From Candidatus Woesebacteria bacterium (GTDB lineage: Bacteria; Patescibacteriota; Microgenomatia; UBA8517), in the NCBI GenBank assembly GCA_013374835.1, contig CP055307.1, positions 407,315 through 471,314 of the forward strand: DNA of 64,000 nucleotides, given 5' to 3'. A program made the translations under genes and the position numbers. Positions within the stretch are counted from its first letter, which is position 1, and each line of letters begins with the position of its first letter. The notes under the pieces are model-generated. The model ran no database searches. It saw only the letters and a list, made by a program, of their open reading frames with translations, and was not told the DNA's origin. Shown one piece after another: positions 36,905 through 47,023 of this stretch.

Positions 36905-38077
36905 TTACTTTTTCCGATAGTATTTTTTTCCTCTCAGTTTTTCTGGCAGTAAATCTTCATTGGTGTATGGTTCGTAACCTTTTCCGTATCCCAGTTCCTT
37001 CATTAGCTTGGTTGGTGCATTTCGGATTTTTAGGGGTGTAGGGAGGTTTCCGTATTTTTTAACATCCTCTAAGGCTCTCATGAAGGCTTCGTATGCACTT
37101 CTGTCTTTTTTTGCTTGGGCTAAATAAACTGTGCCTGCTGCCAAATTTTCTTGGCACTCTGGATAACCAACTTGCTGACAAGCCTGAAAGACTGCATTGG
37201 CTACCACAAGGGCGGTGGGAGAGGCAACATCTTCAGAAGCAAATACTACCATTCGCCTTGCGATGTAGAGCGGGTCTTGTCCTGCCTCCACCATCCGAGC
37301 CAAATAATAGAGGGCTGCGTCAACATTGCTGGCCCTCATAGCCTTAATATATGAGCTAATTATGTTAAAGAACTCCTCGCCTTGGCGGTCAAAGGCAAGA
37401 TAGCGTCTTTGCAATGCATTTTCGATGTCACTGATGACTAATGATTTATGACTAGCGGTCATCGATTTGGCGATTTCGAGTGTGTTTAACAATATTCGTG
37501 CGTCTCCATTGCTTGACTCGATAAGAAATTTTAATGCATCTATCTTAATTTTGAGATTAAGTTTTTTTAGGCCGCGTTGAGCAATTTTGGTAAGGTCTTT
37601 TTCCGAGAGCTCTTTAAGGACAAGAACTCGGCTTCTTGAAAGAAGGGGATTTATTACTTCAAAGGAGGGATTTTCTGTAGTTGCGCCTATAAGAATAATA
37701 TCCCCTTTTTCAACGTGAGGAAGGAGCTTGTCTTGTTGAGCTTTGTTAAAGCGGTGAATTTCGTCCAAAAAAATTAACGGTCCGTCTATCGGCGAGGCGG
37801 ATTGATGACTAATTATTTTTTCGATGTCTTTGGTCTTGGCGTTTACTGCCGAAAATTCGTAGAAATCGCGTTTAAGGTGGCTTGCTATAATTCTTGCAAG
37901 TGTTGTTTTTCCTGATCCAGGAGGACCCCATAATATTAAAGAAGGAAATTGATTATTAGTTTTTTGGCTAGTCAACAATTTAGTAATTATCCCGTCTTTA
38001 CCGACAAGGTGTTTTTGGCCTATGAATTCAGAAAGCGTTTTCGGCCTTATCTTTTCAGCAAGAGGAATACTTTTCAT
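36905..38077 (-). CDS. rarA: Replication-associated recombination protein A
   Basis: PLAEKIRP, WGPPGSGKTT, DEIHRFNKAQQD, ATTENPSF. Confidence 0.95.
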   Translation of the reverse strand: MKSIPLAEKIRPKTLSEFIGQKHLVGKDGIITKLLTSQKTNNQFPSLILWGPPGSGKTTLARIIASHLKRDFYEFSAVNAKTKDIEKIISHQSASPIDGPLIFLDEIHRFNKAQQDKLLPHVEKGDIILIGATTENPSFEVINPLLSRSRVLVLKELSEKDLTKIAQRGLKKLNLKIKIDALKFLIESSNGDARILLNTLEIAKSMTASHKSLVISDIENALQRRYLAFDRQGEEFFNIISSYIKAMRASNVDAALYYLARMVEAGQDPLYIARRMVVFASEDVASPTALVVANAVFQACQQVGYPECQENLAAGTVYLAQAKKDRSAYEAFMRALEDVKKYGNLPTPLKIRNAPTKLMKELGYGKGYEPYTNEDLLPEKLRGKKYYRKK

Positions 38078-38139
38078 TATATAGAAATTATATACTATAG
38101 CTGATATCAGATATCAGAGTTTAAATCGATAATAGTTAG

Positions 38140-38385
38140 AAAATAGACGCTGTGAGCGAAAAGAAAATTTTTGACAAAATTTACAGATTTTTTAAGGGTA
38201 AAACGGTTATTATTATTAGTTATAGGTTTTCTACGGTAAGAAATGCAGATCGGATCATTGTTTTCGATAAGGGAAGAATTGTGGAGCAGGGAAGCCATGA
38301 GGAGCTCGTTGCTTTGGGTGGTGTGTATGCGAGAGCTTTTAGTTTGCAGGCGGAAGGGTACACGAAAAATAAAAGTTTAAAATGA
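38140..38385 (+). pseudogene. C-terminal remnant of an ABC transporter ATPase
   Basis: IDAVSE..TVIIISYRFSTVRNADRIIV..GSHEEL; no Walker A or signature motif; H-loop His replaced by Tyr. Confidence 0.7.
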
Positions 38386-39041
38386 AACGAACAAGGTTGA
38401 TTGATTTTTTGAATGGTGTGACCGAGATCGAGGAGGTGGAAAGCGTTTATAACGGTAGTGTTAGTGTTGTGCGGGATTTAGCTTGGGGTACTTATATAAA
38501 GGCGGGGGGACTTACTCAGTCTGGTGGAGTGGCTAAGAAGGTGTGGAAAAGTGTATTAAAAAAAGTTAAAAACCAAAAGCCTGATGTTAGAAGTAGTTTA
38601 ATCTTGGGGCTTGGAGGGGGAAGTACGGCGGGTTTGATTAAAAAATATTGGGAGGGGGTGGAAGTAACTGGTGTGGATATAGATCCTGTAATGGTTGATC
38701 TTGGAAAAAAATATTTAAAAATGCCTGAGGATATTGAAATTATTATTGGGGATGCTGAAAAAGAGGTTAAAAGCAAAAAATTAAAAGGCAAGAGTTTTGA
38801 TCTTATTTGTGTGGATATTTATACTGGAGATAGTTTTCCTGAAAAATTTCAAGCAGATGAATTTTTAATGTCTGTTTATAATCTTCTTAATAAAAGCGGC
38901 GTTATTGTTTTTAATAGGCTATTTTATGGCGAAAAGCGAAGGGAGGCTTATAAATTTGGTGAAAAACTTGAGCGCATATTTGGAAATGTAGATAGGTTTT
39001 ATCCTGAAGCTAATGTGATGTTTGTGATAACTAATAATTAA
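38382..39041 (+). CDS. SAM-dependent methyltransferase / spermidine-synthase-like protein
   Basis: LILGLGGGS, GVDIDP, GDA, FDLICVD. Confidence 0.85.
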   Translation: MKRTRLIDFLNGVTEIEEVESVYNGSVSVVRDLAWGTYIKAGGLTQSGGVAKKVWKSVLKKVKNQKPDVRSSLILGLGGGSTAGLIKKYWEGVEVTGVDIDPVMVDLGKKYLKMPEDIEIIIGDAEKEVKSKKLKGKSFDLICVDIYTGDSFPEKFQADEFLMSVYNLLNKSGVIVFNRLFYGEKRREAYKFGEKLERIFGNVDRFYPEANVMFVITNN

Positions 39042-39043
39042 TG

Positions 39044-39064
39044 ATCTGCCTGCCGACAGGCAGG
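39044..39064. repeat. Short GC-rich palindrome between convergent genes
   Basis: atctgcctg-ccga-caggcagg(t) stem-loop. Confidence 0.65.
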
Positions 39065-39080
39065 TTGATGACTGATGAAA

Positions 39081-39539
39081 CTATCTTGCAAGGAGAGCAA
39101 ATCCGAGAAGAATAAGGGCAACAGGCCAGAATTTGTCAATATCTATAAAGATAAGACCAAAATTTTCGAGAAGGTAGAATATACCGATTGTTATAAGGAT
39201 TAAGGCTATAAAGTTTCTAGTGCTGGATTGGTTTGAGCTTTTTTTTATGTTTTCGCCAAGCTCGTTGGCTTTTTTTCTAATTTCATCGGTATTTTTTTTG
39301 ATGTTTTCGTCTCCTCTCAAGTTTATGTTTGATTCCGACGGTATAATTATCCAGAGTATTATATAGATTAGAATGCTTGAGCCTCCTGCAATGGTTATTA
39401 AAATAAAGGCAAGTCTTATTAGCGTTGCATCAACATCGAAGTATTCAGCAAGACCTGCCGCTACTCCTCCTATTATCCTGTTTGTTTCGGAGCGGTAAAG
39501 CAGTTTGGGTTTTTTGGATTGTATTACCTTTTTTGTCAT
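39081..39539 (-). CDS. PspC domain protein with C-terminal LiaF/DUF5668-like TM hairpin
   Basis: LYRSETNRIIGGVAAGLAEYF; FWPVALILLG. Confidence 0.85.
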   Translation of the reverse strand: MTKKVIQSKKPKLLYRSETNRIIGGVAAGLAEYFDVDATLIRLAFILITIAGGSSILIYIILWIIIPSESNINLRGDENIKKNTDEIRKKANELGENIKKSSNQSSTRNFIALILITIGIFYLLENFGLIFIDIDKFWPVALILLGFALLAR

Positions 39540-39658
39540 ATATAGCTTTTAGTATAACAAATTTTTTGTTATTAAAATAGAATAGACTAGAAGCTATAAT
39601 TAGCTTATCTTTAAAAGTAAAATAAAGAATTTTTAGTAGTGGTTTAGAATATTTAAGT

Positions 39659-42415
39659 ATGTTTAATATTTTTTCAAGAGTAATTGATACAAATAAAAGA
39701 GAGGTTGATAGGCTTAAGAAAAGAGTTGCCGAGATAAACGATCTCGAGCCAAAGGTTAAAAAGTTAAAAGACGAGGATTTTGTTAAAAAGACCGAAGAGT
39801 TTAAAAAAAGGATTAAAGACGGTGAAAGCCTTGATAGCATACTTCCTATGGCATTTGCCCTTGTCCGCGAGGCTTCGCGAAGGACTTTGGGTATGAGGCA
39901 TTTTGATGTGCAGCTTATGGCTGCGATTGCTCTTTTTGAGGGAAAAGTTGTTGAACAAAAAACGGGTGAAGGAAAGACTTTATCTGCCGTCCCTCCACTT
40001 TATCTTCATGCTCTCAAAGGAAGGGGAGTGCATCTTGTCACGGTAAACGATTATTTGGCGAAGCGCGATGCAGGATGGAACGGTCCGATTTTTGATTTTT
40101 TAGGAATGAGTGTTGGCGCTATTGCCCAAGAGCAAAAAAGCTTTATTTATGATATTGAGTATAAGGACGAAAGCCATGGGGATGAGAGGCTTGAGCATCT
40201 TAAACCTTGTGATAGGAAAGAGTCTTATGGGGCAGATATTACATATGGAACAAACAATGAATTTGGATTTGATTATCTTAGGGATAATATGGTTAATGAT
40301 ATTTCCGATGTCGTTCAGAGAGATCATTATTTTGTAATTGTTGATGAGGTTGATTCTGTGCTTATTGATGAGGCGAGGACACCTCTTATTATTTCAGCTC
40401 CGGATACCGAGCCTACAAATAAATATTACAAATTCGCAAAGATAGTAGATAAGCTAAATCAGGATACAGATTATGTTGTTGACGAGAAGACTCGCAGCGC
40501 AAATTTAACTGAACATGGTATTGCTAAGGTAGAAAAGATTCTGGGCGTTGACAATCTTTATGAAAAGGATTTTGAGTCGATTCATCATATTGAAAATGCT
40601 CTAAGGGCAAGGAGTTTGTACATCCGTGATCAGCAGTATGTGGTGAAAGACAATCAGGTGGTGATTGTTGATGAGTTTACTGGCAGGCTTATGCCCGGTA
40701 GGCGCTGGAGCGACGGACTCCATCAGGCTGTTGAGGCTAAGGAGGGAGTTCCTATTCAACAGGAAAGCAAGACTTTGGCTACTATTTCGTTTCAGAATTA
40801 TTTTCGTATGTATGATGTTTTAGCTGGTATGACCGGTACGGCGGCTACAGAGGCTGATGAGTTTAGAAAGATTTATAACCTTGATGTAGTGGTTGTGCCA
40901 ACCAACAAACCAATGATCAGGAAAGATTTTCCAGACATGGTTTATAAAAGTGTAAGGGCAAAATACGGAGCAGTCGTAAAAGAGATTGAGGAGAGACACA
41001 AAAAAGGACAACCTGTTTTGGTAGGTACAACATCCATTGAGAGGAACGAAATTGTAAGCCAGTATTTAAAGAAGAAGAAAATTCCCCATAATGTGCTTAA
41101 TGCAAAAAATCATGAGCGTGAGGCTATGATTATTGCGGACGCGGGCAAAAGTGGTGCTGTAACAGTTGCTACTAATATGGCCGGTCGTGGAGTTGATATC
41201 GTGCTCGGTGGTGCAAAACCAGAAAGACCCAAGGGAATGACTAATGATCAATGGCTTGAGACTAAGGAATATAAAGAGTGGGAGAAGGAACATAAGAAGG
41301 TGATTGCCGCAGGAGGTCTTCATATAATCGGTACGGAAAGGCATGAAAGCCGAAGAATTGATAATCAGCTTCGAGGGCGTGCCGGAAGACAAGGGGATCC
41401 CGGATCGAGCCGTTTTTATTTGTCTTTGGAGGATGATTTGATGAGAATTTTTGGTGGAGAGCAGATATCGTCGATTATGGACAGATTAAAGCTTCCTGAG
41501 GATCAGCCTATCGAGAATAAACTTGTTTCCAAGGTTATTGAGCAGGCTCAAAGTAAAGTCGAGGGATTCCATTTTGATATGAGGAAAAGGCTGGTTGAAT
41601 ATGACGATGTTGCCAATAATCAGAGGGAAATAATTTATAAACTAAGAAGAAGGATTTTAACCTCGAATGATGTAAAGGATGAAATACTTGAGAAGCTCGA
41701 ACACCAGATTGATAGGATATTAATTTTATCTTGGCCCGAGGAGAATGCAAAACCTGACTATGAAAGAGTGGTAATAGGGCTAACAGAGATAGTGCCTTTT
41801 GATGAGCGTTCGCGGGAGGAGGTTAAAAAAAGGCTTTTGAAGATTGACGACAAAGAGGAGCTTGCCCAATCGCTTAAAAAGATTATAAGTGATGTTCATG
41901 CGGCTCGGGAACGCGAACTTGGGAGTGACACCATGAGGCTTGTTGAAAAGTTTGCTTATTTGGGGTCTATAGATAGGCTTTGGATTGACCATATTGACCA
42001 TATTGATTCGTTGCGCGAAAGTGTGACGCTTCGTGCATATGGACAAAGGGATCCTTTAGTGGAATTTAAAAATGAAGCTTATGAACTTTTTGAAAGTTTG
42101 ATAGACCGCATAAATGAGGAGATTTCAAGGAGGATATTTAGGATTGGTGTGGCAAAAGCTCCTTCCGAGATTCCTTTGGATAAGGCAAGGACAAATATTG
42201 ATGAGCGGGACAGTATGGGGCTTGAGGAGAGAACATCTGATGAGACAGCGATGCATGGAGAGCCCCTTTTGGTTGATGATTCAACCAAAAGGCTAATGAA
42301 TGCGGCAAAAGAGGTTAGCGGAACTATTACGAAAAAGAAAATAGGCAGGAATGATCCTTGCTGGTGTGGTAGTGGGAAGAAGTGGAAGAAATGCCATTAC
42401 CCTCAGGATGGGTGA
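39659..42415 (+). CDS. secA: Preprotein translocase subunit SecA
   Basis: KTGEGKT, VTVNDYLA, DEVDS, QLRGRAGRQGDPG, SEC-C GRNDPCWCGSGKKWKKCH. Confidence 0.98.
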   Translation: MFNIFSRVIDTNKREVDRLKKRVAEINDLEPKVKKLKDEDFVKKTEEFKKRIKDGESLDSILPMAFALVREASRRTLGMRHFDVQLMAAIALFEGKVVEQKTGEGKTLSAVPPLYLHALKGRGVHLVTVNDYLAKRDAGWNGPIFDFLGMSVGAIAQEQKSFIYDIEYKDESHGDERLEHLKPCDRKESYGADITYGTNNEFGFDYLRDNMVNDISDVVQRDHYFVIVDEVDSVLIDEARTPLIISAPDTEPTNKYYKFAKIVDKLNQDTDYVVDEKTRSANLTEHGIAKVEKILGVDNLYEKDFESIHHIENALRARSLYIRDQQYVVKDNQVVIVDEFTGRLMPGRRWSDGLHQAVEAKEGVPIQQESKTLATISFQNYFRMYDVLAGMTGTAATEADEFRKIYNLDVVVVPTNKPMIRKDFPDMVYKSVRAKYGAVVKEIEERHKKGQPVLVGTTSIERNEIVSQYLKKKKIPHNVLNAKNHEREAMIIADAGKSGAVTVATNMAGRGVDIVLGGAKPERPKGMTNDQWLETKEYKEWEKEHKKVIAAGGLHIIGTERHESRRIDNQLRGRAGRQGDPGSSRFYLSLEDDLMRIFGGEQISSIMDRLKLPEDQPIENKLVSKVIEQAQSKVEGFHFDMRKRLVEYDDVANNQREIIYKLRRRILTSNDVKDEILEKLEHQIDRILILSWPEENAKPDYERVVIGLTEIVPFDERSREEVKKRLLKIDDKEELAQSLKKIISDVHAARERELGSDTMRLVEKFAYLGSIDRLWIDHIDHIDSLRESVTLRAYGQRDPLVEFKNEAYELFESLIDRINEEISRRIFRIGVAKAPSEIPLDKARTNIDERDSMGLEERTSDETAMHGEPLLVDDSTKRLMNAAKEVSGTITKKKIGRNDPCWCGSGKKWKKCHYPQDG

Positions 42416-42480
42416 TTAAGAAGGTGTTTAGTCGATCCTTGGGGTTGACGTGGAAGAGTCTGTTTGTTACCTTTAATTTT

Positions 42481-43068
42481 ATGAGTTTAGCACAGTCAAC
42501 AATGAGTCCTCTTGGTTCTGATATGCCGGATTTCCATTTGAAGGATATTGTCAGTGGTAGGAGTGTGAGTTTTGAAGATTTTGAAGACGCTAAAGGAATA
42601 TGTGTAATATTTATTTCGAAACACTGTCCTTATGTTCAGCACATTGCCGATAAGTTATCCGAAGTAGCCAAGTATTATGAGGGTAGTGGGGTTAGTTTTA
42701 TTGCTATATCGTCTAATGATATTGATGAATATCCTGAAGATAGCCCTGAAGAGATGGCAGATATGGCAGAGGAGTATGATTTTGTTTTTCCTATACTTTT
42801 TGATGAGACTCAGGAAGTGGCACAGGATTTTACGGCTGCATGTACGCCGGACTTTTTTCTTTATGATAGTTCTGGCAAGCTTTTTTATAGAGGGCAATTT
42901 GATGGGAGTAGACCGGGAAACAAAGTGCCTGTGACGGGTGGAGATTTGAGGCGTGCGATCGACGATCTTCTTGCAGGGGAAAACCCCCCAAAGGAGCAGA
43001 AGCCAAGTTCTGGGTGCAGCATCAAATGGAAGACGGGAAATGAACCTCCTTATTTTCTTTCCGGTTGA
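42481..43068 (+). CDS. Thioredoxin/AhpC-TSA family protein
   Basis: SKHCPYV, AACTPDFF, GCSIKW. Confidence 0.9.
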   Translation: MSLAQSTMSPLGSDMPDFHLKDIVSGRSVSFEDFEDAKGICVIFISKHCPYVQHIADKLSEVAKYYEGSGVSFIAISSNDIDEYPEDSPEEMADMAEEYDFVFPILFDETQEVAQDFTAACTPDFFLYDSSGKLFYRGQFDGSRPGNKVPVTGGDLRRAIDDLLAGENPPKEQKPSSGCSIKWKTGNEPPYFLSG

Positions 43069-43133
43069 TTTGGTGAATTAAAGAATATAGTTTTTTCCCT
43101 TTTATATTTAATTGAGTTATAATTTGGACTAAA

Positions 43134-43784
43134 ATGAGTAATATTAACTCTGTGGATAAGTTTTTTAATAAATATCCTATAAAAAGATTTAGACATAAAG
43201 AAATTGTTAAAAGGTCTGATGAGGATTTTAAGTATGTTTATTTTCTTAAAAAAGGATATGTGAAAATGTATTCCGTGTCTGTGAATGGGAATGAGCTGAG
43301 TTTAAATATATTTAAGCCGGGGAGTTATTTCCCGATACTTTGGGCAATGGGTGAGTTGGCTGATGAATATAACTATGAAGCGATTACTTCAGCTGAGATA
43401 CGGCTTGTTCCTAAAAAGGAATTTATAGAATTTATCAAGAAGGATCCCGCTATCCTTTTTGACTTGACTTGTAGGCTGACCGCTGGTTTTGGGTCTTTGC
43501 TTAAGAGAATGGAGGTTTTGTTTTTTGGTTCGGCAAGAAACAGGGTAGCATTGGCACTTGTTGTCGCGGCTAAGCGTTTTGGAAAAGAAAACAGCAGGGG
43601 GGAGATAAGAATATCCGTTCCTATTACACATAAGGATATTGCCGCTTTGGCGGGGCTAACTCGCGAGACTACAAGCCTCGAGATGAAAAGGTTTTGTGAG
43701 GAGGGCGTGATTGCTCGTCGCGGTAGAAAAAATATTGTAGTTGTTGACATGAGCAAACTAGTGAGGCTGGCAAATTATTGTTAA
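43134..43784 (+). CDS. Crp/Fnr family transcriptional regulator
   Basis: cNMP-binding-like N-domain and THKDIAALAGLTRETTS HTH. Confidence 0.9.
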   Translation: MSNINSVDKFFNKYPIKRFRHKEIVKRSDEDFKYVYFLKKGYVKMYSVSVNGNELSLNIFKPGSYFPILWAMGELADEYNYEAITSAEIRLVPKKEFIEFIKKDPAILFDLTCRLTAGFGSLLKRMEVLFFGSARNRVALALVVAAKRFGKENSRGEIRISVPITHKDIAALAGLTRETTSLEMKRFCEEGVIARRGRKNIVVVDMSKLVRLANYC

Positions 43785-43802
43785 TGGTATAAACTTAAAT
43801 TA

Positions 43803-46292
43803 ATGATCTTGTCTCAATTTTTGTCATGGCATTATAGCTGGGGAGTTAGCTTTTACATTAAGAGATATGTTTACGCTTTGGGCTACATAATCCACTTTTT
43901 TTCTCTTTTTAAACTTCCTGCTACGTTATTTGCACCTTGGAAAAGATTGGCTGATACCTCGCGGTCTTCAGGGTTTGATTTTCGGCGGGAATTTGAGAAA
44001 TTTACTTATAATTTTGTCTCTAGATTTATAGGTGTTTTTGTAAGGGCAGGGCTTTTTGTAATCGGAATATTAAGTCTTTTTCTGATCGCTTTTTTGGGAG
44101 CTGTGGGATTTATTTTTTGGATAATTTTGCCATTTTTGTCTTTGAGAATATATTTTTTGAAAATGAGGTCCTCGGCTAATTTGGCCATGAGTATTAAAAG
44201 AAATGCCAGTGATTATCCAGAGCAGGCGGTTAGCTATCTTTTTAGTAATGCGGCTGGTGAGTTTGTTCTAAAGCATACAGGGCTTGTTCTTTCCGATTTG
44301 ATAAATTTTGCAGACATTAAGAAAGTCAATTTAAAAGGAGTGGTGCCTTCAAGTTATGCCACGCTTTTGGACTATTTTTTGGAACGTGGAGTGTGGGATG
44401 AGTCTTTTTTTAGTAAAAGGGGAATTTCCAGAACTGATCTAGTCTTGGCTGCTCGCTGGTGGGAAAGGTTAAATGAAGAAGAAACAAGGGTAGATGTAAG
44501 TTTGAGCTACAGCGGTGCGGGAATAGGAGCAAGCTTGGTGTATGGATATACTCCTACACTGGACAAGTATTTTACGCGAATGGATTTTGTGCAGCCTTTT
44601 GAGCATCATCTAATTGGTAGGCAGAATGTGGTTTCCAGGATGGAGAGGGCTTTGAATTCGGGAATGAGTGTGTTTTTAGTCGGACCGCCGGGTGTGGGGA
44701 AAAAGACCGTTGTTTTGGAGTTTGCAAATAGAGCAAGAAAAGGTGAGCTTGGCAGTGAGTTATCTTACAAGAAAATATTTGAGCTTAATCTTAATTTTAT
44801 TTTTTCGCAGTCAACAGATTTGAATCAGAAAAAGTTAAGGCTTTCGGAAATTTTGAGTGAATCAAGTCAGGCCGGTAATGTGATTCTTGTGGTGAGGGAT
44901 TTACATAGAATTGTTAATGCGAGCGTTGAGGGATATGATTTTACGGATATTATTGAAAGTTTCTTGGAAAAGAAGGATTTGAAGATTATTTCGATATCAA
45001 CAGATACCGAGTATGAGAAATTTATCGTCCCAAATCTTAGAATAAGGAAGTTTTTTGAAACAGTTGAGGTGGTACAGCCTTCAAAAGAAGAGGCGATGGA
45101 AATACTTTTTGAGGCAGCTTCACGATGGGAAAAGATTAAAAAGGTTGTAATATTAACAGCGAGCTTAAGAAGAATTCTTGACAGTAGTGACCGCTATATT
45201 ACCGAAACACCTTTTCCTGAGAAGGCTTTGGAATTATTGGATTCCGTAGTTATATATAAATCTCAGATGGCAGATAAAATAATAAGTCCGGTTGATGTCG
45301 ATGCTGTAATGTCCGAAAAGACGGGTATAAAATTTGCAGAAGTAACCGGGGACACAAAGAATCTTTTGTTAAAACTTGAGAGTGTGATCCATAAACGGCT
45401 TGTGAACCAAAAAGAGGCCGTGGAAATGATTGCGAAAATTCTTCGTAGCAAGAGCTTGGGGGTAGTAAAAAGTAGTAGACCAATAGGGTCGTTTTTGTTT
45501 TTAGGCCCGACAGGTGTGGGAAAGACTGAAACGGCTAAAGTTTTAGCTAAAGTCTATTTTGGCAGTGAGAAGCATATTGTGCGTTTTGATATGGCTGAGT
45601 ATGTCGGGGATCAGGGTGTTGAAAGATTGTTGGGATCCCAAGCTAGCGGTGAGCCGGGTGTTTTAACTACGGCTATTAAGAACAGGCCTGCAAGCTTATT
45701 ACTTCTTGATGAGATTGAGAAGGCGAGTCCTCAGATAATTAACTTGTTTTTGAGCGTTTTGGATGAGGGTATTATTACTGATGCTTTTGGAAAGAAGATA
45801 AATTGCCAGAATTTGTTTATTGTAGCTACAAGCAATGCGGGAGCCGAGTATATTCGCAGACTTGTTTCAGGCAATGAAAAAGCAAGTTTTTTGCATAAAA
45901 AAGTGATTGAATACGTACTGCGAAAGGGAATTTTTTCTCCGGAATTTATAAACAGGTTTGACGGCGTTGTCGTGTATGAACCGCTTGGGCGCAAAGAACT
46001 TGTGATGATTGCCAGTATTATGCTTAATGATTTTGCCGCTCAAATTAAGGAGAAAAATATTTTTTTGCAGATATCTGATAGCGCTATTTCCGGTCTTGTA
46101 GAAAAAGGATACGATCCCTCTTTTGGTGCAAGGCCAATGAGAAGAGTGCTTGATATCGAAATAGGAGACGCTATGAGTAGAGCAATTTTAAACAATGAAA
46201 CACAAGAGGGAGACCTTTTGGAAATTTATTATGATAAGACTCAGAAGAAATTTGGTTTTACTAAGGTTAATAAGAAGTTGACAACTGCTTAA
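43803..46292 (+). CDS. ClpA/B-like AAA+ ATPase with N-terminal membrane domain
   Basis: GPPGVGKKT; RPIGSFLFLGPTGVGKTE, LLLDEIEKA, PEFINRFD, FGARPMRR; hydrophobic N-terminus. Confidence 0.85.
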   Translation: MILSQFLSWHYSWGVSFYIKRYVYALGYIIHFFSLFKLPATLFAPWKRLADTSRSSGFDFRREFEKFTYNFVSRFIGVFVRAGLFVIGILSLFLIAFLGAVGFIFWIILPFLSLRIYFLKMRSSANLAMSIKRNASDYPEQAVSYLFSNAAGEFVLKHTGLVLSDLINFADIKKVNLKGVVPSSYATLLDYFLERGVWDESFFSKRGISRTDLVLAARWWERLNEEETRVDVSLSYSGAGIGASLVYGYTPTLDKYFTRMDFVQPFEHHLIGRQNVVSRMERALNSGMSVFLVGPPGVGKKTVVLEFANRARKGELGSELSYKKIFELNLNFIFSQSTDLNQKKLRLSEILSESSQAGNVILVVRDLHRIVNASVEGYDFTDIIESFLEKKDLKIISISTDTEYEKFIVPNLRIRKFFETVEVVQPSKEEAMEILFEAASRWEKIKKVVILTASLRRILDSSDRYITETPFPEKALELLDSVVIYKSQMADKIISPVDVDAVMSEKTGIKFAEVTGDTKNLLLKLESVIHKRLVNQKEAVEMIAKILRSKSLGVVKSSRPIGSFLFLGPTGVGKTETAKVLAKVYFGSEKHIVRFDMAEYVGDQGVERLLGSQASGEPGVLTTAIKNRPASLLLLDEIEKASPQIINLFLSVLDEGIITDAFGKKINCQNLFIVATSNAGAEYIRRLVSGNEKASFLHKKVIEYVLRKGIFSPEFINRFDGVVVYEPLGRKELVMIASIMLNDFAAQIKEKNIFLQISDSAISGLVEKGYDPSFGARPMRRVLDIEIGDAMSRAILNNETQEGDLLEIYYDKTQKKFGFTKVNKKLTTA

Positions 46293-46319
46293 ATTTGTGC
46301 TTTCATACTTCACGAGGAC

Positions 46320-46979
46320 ATGCAAGAGGATAATCAGCAAACAAGCCAGTATGTTCAAAACCCACAGCCAAGAACCGATATAGGTTTTCCATCTGGAGGT
46401 ACAAAAGAAAACTGGTCAAAATCAAGTATAGTTAAATGGGTTTTTGTTATTGTTGGAATTTTTCTTATAGCGATTGCTGGTGTTTGGTATGTTTTCAACA
46501 GTTCTATGGGTAGCGGTGGTACAAGCCCATCTCCTACATCTTCTTCGGAGCTTAGATCTTTTGCTACTTTGGAGCCTGAAGTTGAGCCAACCCCAAGCCC
46601 GACACCCGAGCCTATTTCCAAATCCGATATTAGAATTAACATTTTAAACGGTACCGGTAAAGCCGGAGAAGCGAGTTTTCTTAAGGGAGAGCTTGAAGAT
46701 GCCGGTTATGAGAACATAGAGATAGCAAATGCACCGAGTCAGGATGAGACAAGAACGACAGCAACTTTTAGTGAAAAAGTAGGCCAGGATGAAGTGGATG
46801 AAATTACTAAGATTCTTGAGGATATTTATGAGACCGTTAGGGTCAGAAAATCGGAAATTTCGGGAGATTTCGATATAGAGATATTGACAGGACCAAGAAA
46901 AAAATCTGAAGCTTCTTCTTCGACGAAGAGCCCTTCGCCAAGCCCTTCATTAAGTCCTTCACCAAGTCCTAGTCAATAA
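46320..46979 (+). CDS. LytR C-terminal domain protein, single TM
   Basis: INILNGTGKAGEA motif between Ser/Pro-rich segments. Confidence 0.8.
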   Translation: MQEDNQQTSQYVQNPQPRTDIGFPSGGTKENWSKSSIVKWVFVIVGIFLIAIAGVWYVFNSSMGSGGTSPSPTSSSELRSFATLEPEVEPTPSPTPEPISKSDIRINILNGTGKAGEASFLKGELEDAGYENIEIANAPSQDETRTTATFSEKVGQDEVDEITKILEDIYETVRVRKSEISGDFDIEILTGPRKKSEASSSTKSPSPSPSLSPSPSPSQ

Positions 46980-47023
46980 GACTCTTGACAGATATTGATT
47001 GTTTATTTGATAATTAGAAAGCA

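Noticed and set aside
43069-43133. FNR/CRP box near the Crp/Fnr regulator
   Set aside because: No TTGAT-N4-ATCAA or TGTGA-N6-TCACA match found
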